This document shows positions 56,973 through 64,000 of a DNA stretch of 64,000 nt, piece by piece. Origin of the DNA: an uncultured Chloroflexia bacterium (lineage in GTDB: Bacteria > Chloroflexota > Limnocylindria > Limnocylindrales > CSP1-4). The notes under the pieces are model-generated. The model saw only the letters and a program-made list of their open reading frames with translations. It was not told where the DNA came from and did no database searches. The translations under genes were made by a program, and so were the position numbers. The DNA is taken from NCBI GenBank assembly GCA_963713975.1, contig OY970218.1, positions 192,001 to 256,000 on the forward strand. The letters are read 5' to 3'. The number at the start of each line of letters is the position of its first letter. Within the stretch, counting starts at the first letter, position 1.

Positions 56973-58505
56973 ATGACCATCGAACCCCGGCCATCCCTCC
57001 TCGCCCGCTATGGCGCGCCGGCCGTCGTCTTCGCCGTCGCGCTCGTCCTGTACCTGCAGACGCTCCTGCCCGGGATGGCGTTCGATGACTGGGGCGAGAT
57101 GCAGACGGTGCCCCACGTCCTGGGGATCGCCCACCCCACCGGCTACCCCACGTACGTGCTCGCCGCCTGGCTGTTCGAGCTGCTGCCGATAGGTGACGTC
57201 GCCTTCAGGGCCAACCTCCTCGCGGCGGTGTGCGTCGCCCTGGCCCTGGCCGTCGCCACGTCCGTCCAGCAGCGGCTCGGGGTGCACCCGGCCATCGCTG
57301 CCGTGGCGTCGCTGGCCACGGGGGCCGTCGCCACGGTCTGGACCTCCGCCACGGTGGCCGAGGTCAACCCGCTCCACCTGCTGTTCATCGCCCTGCTCCT
57401 GGACCGGTCCCTGGCCTGGGCGGACGGGCGGCAGCTGCGGGACCTGGCGCTGGGCGGGCTCCTCATCGGCCTGTCGCTGGGGAACCACGCGCTGACCGCG
57501 TTCGTGGCGCCATACCTCGTGCTGTACGTCCTGTGGTCCGGGCGGGAGACGCTGCGGGCCAACCCGCACTGGCTGCTCGCACCCGTCCTGACGCTCCTCG
57601 CCGGGATCTCCGTGTACCTCTACATCCCGATTGCCGCATCCTTCTCGCCGCCGCTCGTCTACAACAACCCGGTCACGTGGGACGCTTTCCGATTCCTGGT
57701 CACCGGCGAGCAGTTCCGCGGCCAGTACCAGGGCCTCCTCACCGGGGACGGGGTGCGGACCTCCCTCTCGTCGCTCACGGCGCTGTGGTCGCTGCTGGTG
57801 GCGACGGGGTCGGCGGTGCTGCCGCTGCTGGGTATCGCGGGGGCTGTCGTCCTTGCCCGCCGGCGGCCCGCCTTCGCCGCGGCGCTGGTTGCGATCGTGC
57901 TGACCATCTTCCACGTGTGGGCCAACTACCTGCGGCTCGAGCACTACCTGCTGGTGCCGTGGCTGGTCATCGGGATCCTGGCGGGCGTGGCCCTCGATGC
58001 GGGGGCGCGGGCAGTCTCGCGGGTCCTGCCATCACGGTCGCGCCCGCTGCCGGCGGGCGTTGCGGCGATCCTGGGCGGCGTGCTGGTGGCGGTGCTGGTG
58101 ACGTCGAACCTGCCGGTCGTGGACCGGAGTGGCGATCGGAGCGCGGACGCCTACGTCGACGAGGTGTTCGCGGCGCTGCCTGCGGATGCGGCGATCCTGA
58201 CGTACTGGGGAGCGTCCGCCCCGCTGTGGCACGCGACGCTGGTGCAGGGCCGGCGACCGGACGTGCTGGTCGTCGATGACAGCAACATCGTGTACGAGGG
58301 CTGGGGCACGCGCGAGGCACGGATCGCGTCGCTGGCCTGCGAGCGACCCGTGTTCATCCTGCACCTGGGCGAGGACGGGCTGGTCCCGACACGGGAGGCA
58401 TACACGCTGACCGAGGTGGCGAGGCCCGTGGTGTCGTGGGGTGGACCCGTCGGTACCGCCCCAGCGCCGGTGTACCGGGTGGAGCCCACGGATGGGTGCC
58501 CGTAG
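56973..58505 (+). CDS. DUF2723 GT-C fold membrane glycosyltransferase
   Basis: [18 protein letters not shown] motifs and many TM helices. Confidence 0.85.
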   Translation: MTIEPRPSLLARYGAPAVVFAVALVLYLQTLLPGMAFDDWGEMQTVPHVLGIAHPTGYPTYVLAAWLFELLPIGDVAFRANLLAAVCVALALAVATSVQQRLGVHPAIAAVASLATGAVATVWTSATVAEVNPLHLLFIALLLDRSLAWADGRQLRDLALGGLLIGLSLGNHALTAFVAPYLVLYVLWSGRETLRANPHWLLAPVLTLLAGISVYLYIPIAASFSPPLVYNNPVTWDAFRFLVTGEQFRGQYQGLLTGDGVRTSLSSLTALWSLLVATGSAVLPLLGIAGAVVLARRRPAFAAALVAIVLTIFHVWANYLRLEHYLLVPWLVIGILAGVALDAGARAVSRVLPSRSRPLPAGVAAILGGVLVAVLVTSNLPVVDRSGDRSADAYVDEVFAALPADAAILTYWGASAPLWHATLVQGRRPDVLVVDDSNIVYEGWGTREARIASLACERPVFILHLGEDGLVPTREAYTLTEVARPVVSWGGPVGTAPAPVYRVEPTDGCP

Positions 58506-58511
58506 GCCCGG

Positions 58512-59984
58512 CTACTCGGCGGGCTTGATCCCGCGCGGCTCGACCACCGTGACCACGACGACGCCTGGGGCACTGCCGAGGGCCGCGAACGACCCGGTGA
58601 CATCGTCGGTAACGTCGACGACCAGGGCCCAGCGGCCCACCTGCTCGGGCGCCGCGACGGCCGTGCGGACCCGTGCGAGCCGGCCCGGCGCCAGGGGGAC
58701 CCGCTGCACCTCGACGGGGGCCGGCACGGCAACCGTCCGGGCGCCGCTGTCCCCCTCGCCGGCATCGACCGCCAGCACGTCGAGCGGGATCCAGGTCGCC
58801 GTCAGGCGGGTGTCGAGGATCCGCCGTGCGGGCTCGTTCGGGCCGGGGCTCAGCACCTCGGCCCAGCTCTCGTCGCCCGTGTTCGCGACGGACACGGTGA
58901 CCTTCATCTGCTCTCCCGCCGTCAGCGTCGCGTCGCGGACGGTGAGCCGCACGGTCGCCCGCCGGGGACCCGGCACGAACACGGCCGTCGGCGCGCTCCG
59001 GGCAACGACCTTGCCGAAGCGACGGTCCGTCAGCGTCATGCTGGCGACGTAGGCACCAGGCTTCGCGGGCAGCGCCGCAGTGGCTCGCAGCGTCCTCCCG
59101 TCCATCCTGGCCGTCGGCCGAGCCGGCGCGGTGTCCACGCTCGCTCCCGGCTGTCGCGCTGCTGTCTCGGCCGCCACCACAAGCGGCGATGCCACGCGGT
59201 TGAAGGTGGCGCGGACATCGGTGCCGGGATACCGCCAGCGCCGTGGCGCGCGCAGCCGCCAGAGGGCCGTGACGGCATCCTTCGACACCCGGATCGAGGG
59301 CTCGGCCACCACGACGCCGGCAAACGGCGCGGGCTTGGCGGTCGGCGTGACCACGGCCGCCACCCGGCCGCCACTCGACCAGGCGAAGCGCTGGAGCGCC
59401 CAGACGCTCATCCATTCGCCACGCCAGTCGCCGTGGGCAAGGGGATCCATCACCCACACCCGCCCACGCCCGCGGTCGTACCGCTCCACGTACAGCGCGT
59501 GGTTGTCCTTCTTCCCCTTCTTCTTCCAGAACGCGACGTCCCACCGTCCGAACCAGCGGGGCAGGTCACCCTGGTCACCCAGAACGACGGCACCGGCACC
59601 CCGGCCCAGACGGGCGAGCAGCGCGCCCCATGTCAGCGTCCCGCCACCGCTCGCGGTCACGGACACGCGGAACCCCAGCCGGCGGAACGCGACCTGCAGG
59701 TCCCCCAGCGACGACCCGCCGCGCAGGTCGCCGGAGAGCCGCCGCAGTCGCTCGTGGCCCACGCGCACGTCGCCGTTGGTCCACTTGTCGAGCATCATCG
59801 CGGCCGATGCCCACATGCAGTCGATCTGGGGCTGGGAGTCGGTCTCGGTGACGAAGGCGGGGCGGTAGCCGGGCAACGGGCGCGGCGGCTCCAGGGCGGC
59901 CGCGGGTCGCGGAGCCACGCCGAACAACGTCACGAGGACGAGACAGGCAGTGGCAAGGGCTCGAGCTGGTCGCGTGATCGGCAT
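58512..59984 (-). CDS. Secreted C39-like cysteine peptidase with Ig-like C-terminus
   Basis: Signal peptide; QIDCMWAS / NHALYV / VMDPL Cys-His-Asp pattern; VANTGDESW Ig-like motif. Confidence 0.6.
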   Translation of the reverse strand: MPITRPARALATACLVLVTLFGVAPRPAAALEPPRPLPGYRPAFVTETDSQPQIDCMWASAAMMLDKWTNGDVRVGHERLRRLSGDLRGGSSLGDLQVAFRRLGFRVSVTASGGGTLTWGALLARLGRGAGAVVLGDQGDLPRWFGRWDVAFWKKKGKKDNHALYVERYDRGRGRVWVMDPLAHGDWRGEWMSVWALQRFAWSSGGRVAAVVTPTAKPAPFAGVVVAEPSIRVSKDAVTALWRLRAPRRWRYPGTDVRATFNRVASPLVVAAETAARQPGASVDTAPARPTARMDGRTLRATAALPAKPGAYVASMTLTDRRFGKVVARSAPTAVFVPGPRRATVRLTVRDATLTAGEQMKVTVSVANTGDESWAEVLSPGPNEPARRILDTRLTATWIPLDVLAVDAGEGDSGARTVAVPAPVEVQRVPLAPGRLARVRTAVAAPEQVGRWALVVDVTDDVTGSFAALGSAPGVVVVTVVEPRGIKPAE

Positions 59985-60176
59985 TCCCGGTGTCGGTCGG
60001 GCGGTGGCATCGCCGGCGACCTGCCGGGACACTGGAGAACCGCTGGAGTGCCTTCACTGTCATGCCGGGCCACCCCCGGGACCATGGTTCGGCGGTCCCT
60101 GCCCGGCCGCCCGATGGTCCCGGGGCCCGGGGCCGGGGGGCACCGGTGTCCACGGCGATGCTGCGCGGCGGATGCC

Positions 60177-61076
60177 TCAGGGCCAGGCGATGACCGCGTC
60201 CAACACCGTGACGCCGAAGCCGCCCTCGCTGTTCTCGAGGACGAGCCTCCAGGGGTTGGGAGCGGTCACGGGCAGGGTCTCGGAGACGCGTGTCGCCGGT
60301 CCCTGGTCGGTCAGCACGTGCCTCCCCGGGCCACCTTGCTCGACGAGGCTGATCTGGTACAGGAACGGGTGGCCGCCCCAGTCCGCATCAAGCGTCACGC
60401 CGCCGTCGGTCCTCGGGGTCACGACGGCCTGCAGGCCGTTGGTCACCGGGTAGTCCATGCCGTCGAACCTCGCGTTGGCGATGGCGATCGACGGCGCGGT
60501 GGCCGGGAAGGTGAGCGTCACGTCCACCAGGGGCGTCTCGATGCCCTCGCCTCGCAGTGTGACCACGAAGTCCGCCTCCTTCGTGGTCGTCTTCGCTGAC
60601 AGCCGGCCGTCCGCGCCATTGGTACAGCCGACCTCATTGTCGCCCTCCCGGAGGCACATCTCGGCGCTGCCCTGCGGCGAGGTGACGGCCAGGTCGATGG
60701 TGACCTCGCCGCCGCCCCCTGCCCGGAACGAGACGATGCGGTCCTTGCCGTCCGGGTCGAGTTGGGCGTCCAGCATGAGCTGGGTGATGACGATGGTGGC
60801 CGGCGGGGCCGACGGCGTGGTCGGCTTCGGCGTCGCGGTTGGCTTCGCGGTCGGCGAGGCCGTCGCGCTGGGGGACGGTGGGGTCGACGGTGCCTGGGTC
60901 GGTGACGGGCTCGCCGACGCCTGGGCAGATCCGGAGCCGGGTGCCGATGACACGATCGCCGCCGTGGGGCTGGCCGTGGTCGAGCCTCCTCCGCCAATCA
61001 TCGAGATGGCGAGCCATCCCGCGCCCAGGACGGCAACGACGACGACAGCGAGGAGGACCCGGTGCGGGAGGGTCAT
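60177..61076 (-). CDS. Membrane-anchored protein with Pro/Ser/Thr linker and beta-sandwich domains
   Basis: N-terminal TM, SPSPT/TPKPT linker; leaderless -10 TACTAT. Confidence 0.7.
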   Translation of the reverse strand: MTLPHRVLLAVVVVAVLGAGWLAISMIGGGGSTTASPTAAIVSSAPGSGSAQASASPSPTQAPSTPPSPSATASPTAKPTATPKPTTPSAPPATIVITQLMLDAQLDPDGKDRIVSFRAGGGGEVTIDLAVTSPQGSAEMCLREGDNEVGCTNGADGRLSAKTTTKEADFVVTLRGEGIETPLVDVTLTFPATAPSIAIANARFDGMDYPVTNGLQAVVTPRTDGGVTLDADWGGHPFLYQISLVEQGGPGRHVLTDQGPATRVSETLPVTAPNPWRLVLENSEGGFGVTVLDAVIAWP

Positions 61077-61094
61077 CGGCCCATAGTAGGCGCG

Positions 61095-61598
61095 TCAGGC
61101 ATCCCGTGGCGGCGCGGCCCTGGCGAGGCCCTCGACCACCTCGACCCCCGGCAGGGTCAGCAGGATCGACGGCGGCGCGATCACCTTCCAGCTGCGACTG
61201 CCGCCACCGAGGACGATCCGGTCGCGCTCCATGACCGCCGCGTCAACCCAGACCGGGAGCCCGGCCGGCAGGCCGAACACCGTCACTCCCCCGATCTCGT
61301 GACCCGTCAGGGCCTGCGTCTCCTCGGGTGAGGCGAACGACGACTTGCGCCCGAACCGCGCCTTCACGACCTGGTTCACGGCCAGGCGATGGGTCGCGAG
61401 CACCACACACGCCGCGTACACCGGGGGCGTCCCCTTGCCCGCGACGACGATCGTGTTGGCGGAGTCCTCCGGCGCGAACCCGTAGGCGGCACAGAAGGCG
61501 GCCGTGTCCGCGAGCGCTGGATCGCAGGCGAAGAGCTCGTACGCATCGTGGCCGGCGAGGGCGGCCTCGAGCGTGGCGCGGTCGGGTTCGATCGTCAT
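61095..61598 (-). CDS. YbaK/EbsC aminoacyl-tRNA deacylase family protein
   Basis: ADTAAFC, SFAS, TGHEIGGVTVFG, GGGSRSWK motifs. Confidence 0.85.
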   Translation of the reverse strand: MTIEPDRATLEAALAGHDAYELFACDPALADTAAFCAAYGFAPEDSANTIVVAGKGTPPVYAACVVLATHRLAVNQVVKARFGRKSSFASPEETQALTGHEIGGVTVFGLPAGLPVWVDAAVMERDRIVLGGGSRSWKVIAPPSILLTLPGVEVVEGLARAAPPRDA

Positions 61599-61751
61599 GG
61601 CCGGGAACGGTACCGCGTGGGCGGCCGAGCCGCGTGGGCGGCCGAGCCGCGTCGCGTCCTGCCCAACGGTCGCCGCAACGGTCCGAACCTCCCCTACCCT
61701 TGTCGCATCCACCCCTGCCGCATCGCTCGCCGTGCCAGACCGGAGACCCCG

Positions 61752-63269
61752 ATGACCGAGCCCCGCATCCCGTCCAGCGCCGAGAGCCAGGCCGCGATCG
61801 CTTACCTGCACCCGCGCACCCAGCTGTTCATCGGCGGCCGGTTCCGCGACGCGGTCGGCGGCGCCACGTTCGTGACCGTCAACCCGGCCACCGGACAACC
61901 CCTCGCGGAGGTCGCGAAGGGCGGTCCAGCCGATGTCGACGCCGCCGTCGCCGTCGCGCGCGAGGCGGCGGACGACGGGCGCTGGTCCCGCCTGGGACCC
62001 GCCGACCGCAAGCGGGTCCTCGTCCGGTGGGCAGACCTGATCGACGCCGACGGCCAGCAGATTGGCCTGATCGAGACCCTGGACGCCGGCAAGCCGATCA
62101 CCGACACGGTGGGCCTCGACGTGCCCGAGACCGCGGGCTGCATCCGCTGGCACGCCGAAGCCGCCGACAAGCTGTACGGGCAGGTCGCTCCCTCGCCGGA
62201 AGGCACCGTCGCCACCATCACCCGCGAGCCATGTGGCGTGGTCGCGGCGGTCATCCCCTGGAACTACCCGGCCCAGATGGCCGCGTGGAAGCTCGGCCCG
62301 GCACTCGCGACCGGGAACACGGTCGTGATCAAGCCCGCCTCGACGACCTCGCTCAGCCTGCTGCGGATCGCCGAGCTTGGCGCCGAGGCGGGCCTCCCGG
62401 ACGGCGTGCTAAACGTAGTGACAGGTCCCGGTCACGTGGTGGGCGAGGCCCTCGGCCGCCACCCGGACGTTGACTGTCTGGCCTTCACCGGCTCCACCGA
62501 GGTGGGGCGCCGCTTCCTCCACTACTCGGCGGACACGAACCTCAAGCGCGTCCTGCTGGAGCTGGGTGGCAAGAGCCCGCAGCTCGTGTTCCCGGACGTC
62601 ACCGACCTCGCAGCCGTCGCCGCGAACGTTGCGGTCGCCATCTTCTGGAACATGGGCGAGAACTGCAGCGCAGGGTCACGCCTCATCGTTCACCGCTCGC
62701 TCAAGGACCGGCTGCTCGAAGCCGTCAAGGCGGAGCTCCTCGACTGGCCGGTGGGTGATCCCCTGGACCCCGCCACGCGGATCGGCGCGATGATCAACCG
62801 GGGCCACATGGAGACGGTCCTGGGCTACATCGAGGCCGGCCGGCGCGAGGGCGCCAGGGTGGTGACCGGCGGCGAGCGGATCCTGGAGGAGACCGGCGGC
62901 TTCTTCATCCCGCCCACCATCTTCGACAACGTCCGCAACGACATGACGATCGCCCGGGAGGAGATCTTCGGCCCCGTGCTGTCCGTGCTGGAGTTCGAGA
63001 CCGAGGCCGAGGCCGTCGCCCTGGCCAACGACACGCCGTACGGCCTGGCCGCCTCGCTGTACACCGGCGACCTCAACATCGCCCATCGCGTCGCGCGCGA
63101 CCTGCGGGCCGGCGTCGTGGGCGTCAACGCGTACGCGGAGGGCGACATGACCACGCCCTTCGGCGGATTCAAGCTGTCCGGCTTCGGCGGCCACGACAAG
63201 AGCGTGCATGCGCACGACCAGTACACCGAGACCAAGACGATCTGGATCCAGCTCGCGACCTCGGGCTGA
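61752..63269 (+). CDS. Aldehyde dehydrogenase (PuuC-like)
   Basis: PWNYP, FTGSTEVG, LELGGKSP, GENCSAG, EEIFGPV motifs. Confidence 0.95.
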   Translation: MTEPRIPSSAESQAAIAYLHPRTQLFIGGRFRDAVGGATFVTVNPATGQPLAEVAKGGPADVDAAVAVAREAADDGRWSRLGPADRKRVLVRWADLIDADGQQIGLIETLDAGKPITDTVGLDVPETAGCIRWHAEAADKLYGQVAPSPEGTVATITREPCGVVAAVIPWNYPAQMAAWKLGPALATGNTVVIKPASTTSLSLLRIAELGAEAGLPDGVLNVVTGPGHVVGEALGRHPDVDCLAFTGSTEVGRRFLHYSADTNLKRVLLELGGKSPQLVFPDVTDLAAVAANVAVAIFWNMGENCSAGSRLIVHRSLKDRLLEAVKAELLDWPVGDPLDPATRIGAMINRGHMETVLGYIEAGRREGARVVTGGERILEETGGFFIPPTIFDNVRNDMTIAREEIFGPVLSVLEFETEAEAVALANDTPYGLAASLYTGDLNIAHRVARDLRAGVVGVNAYAEGDMTTPFGGFKLSGFGGHDKSVHAHDQYTETKTIWIQLATSG

Positions 63270-63353
63270 CGGGGATGCCGGGCGCACCGGGCGACCACGA
63301 ACATGGGCAAATCTAGGTAGAGTCCGGAGCCTACGCTGGATGCGTCCCGGGGC

Positions 63354-63457
63354 GCACGAGGAGGCGCCCACCCTTCCCCCCAGGGCGGGCGCCTCCTCGT
63401 GCCTCTCCGGTGCACCATGCGACGCCCGGCCGGCCGCAGTGCCCCGCCGGGCGTCGC
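63354..63457. repeat. Two long perfect inverted repeats
   Basis: 16-bp stem 63354-69:63387-402 and 12-bp stem 63419-30:63446-57. Confidence 0.75.
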
Positions 63458-63492
63458 GATTCACAGCCGTGGCGGGATGCTAGCCTCGAGCC

Positions 63493-64000
63493 ATGACCAA
63501 CCTCGACTTCGGGCGCTTCGACGTGCTGACGTTCGACTGCTACGGCACGCTCATCGACTGGGAGGCCGGGATCCTCGCCGGCCTGCGTGCCATCCTCGAG
63601 GAACGAGACGTCCGCCCGGCGGACGACGAACTGCTCGAACGGTACGCCCGTACGGAGGCGGCGATCGAGGCGGGCGGCTACCTGCGCTACCGCGACGTGC
63701 TGGCCCGCTCGGCGGACCAGGTCTGCCGTGAACTGGGCGTCGAACCCTCCGCGGCCCAGCTGGCCCGGTTCGGCTGGTCCGTCGTGGACTGGCCCGCGTT
63801 CCCCGACTCCGGCGAGGCCTTGGCGCGCCTGCATACGCGATTCTCGCTGGCCGTGATCACGAACTGCGACGACGACCTGTTCGCGGCATCGAGCGCGCGG
63901 CTCGGCGTCACGTTCGACCACGTGGTCACCGCCCAGCAGGTGGGCAGCTACAAGCCCGACCACCGCAACTTCCAGGTCGCCTTCGAGCGGATCGGCGCGC
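63493..64000 (+). CDS. Haloacid dehalogenase type II (HAD), 3' partial
   Basis: FDCYGTLIDWE, ITNCDDD, SYKP motifs; runs off the window end. Confidence 0.9.
   Translation, partial: MTNLDFGRFDVLTFDCYGTLIDWEAGILAGLRAILEERDVRPADDELLERYARTEAAIEAGGYLRYRDVLARSADQVCRELGVEPSAAQLARFGWSVVDWPAFPDSGEALARLHTRFSLAVITNCDDDLFAASSARLGVTFDHVVTAQQVGSYKPDHRNFQVAFERIGA

Noticed and set aside
63305-63350. c-di-GMP-I riboswitch (GGGCAAA)
   Set aside because: No GNRA-capped P2 or GACGCAAA/receptor elements

Overview
High-GC bacterial chromosomal window, mostly housekeeping and metabolic genes. Gene content and pervasive leaderless TANNNT promoters suggest a Chloroflexota (Limnocylindria-like) or actinobacteria-like organism; this is inference only. 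In order it holds: a GntR-linked cupin/split-transketolase/Tm-1-like/TIM-barrel catabolic cluster; an FAD/Fe-S oxidoreductase; pirin; pgm; an orphan MalK-type ATPase; a glgC-YbjN-tandem membrane gluzincin-pncB run; M23, A24 and M17 peptidases; add; ccsB; an accessory-looking block (RidA, MalT-like LuxR, F420-type proteins); class II RNR nrdJ; SPFH/Arc; an aldehyde dehydrogenase. No rRNA, tRNA, CRISPR array, transposase or integrase was seen. The most unusual signals are non-coding: (1) a ~265-nt rod-like structured RNA candidate with its own -10 element at 10135-10401; (2) a 164-bp hairpin-forming element present twice (33467-33630, 51061-51224), each time between convergent genes; (3) a 920-bp region before nrdJ holding a second RNA candidate, six co-oriented DnaA-box-like sites phased at 21 bp, tandem NrdR boxes and a long switch-like leader. 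Probable ATC starts and two homopolymer frameshifts are also noted. All RNA folds were worked out by eye in very GC-rich DNA and need computational confirmation.
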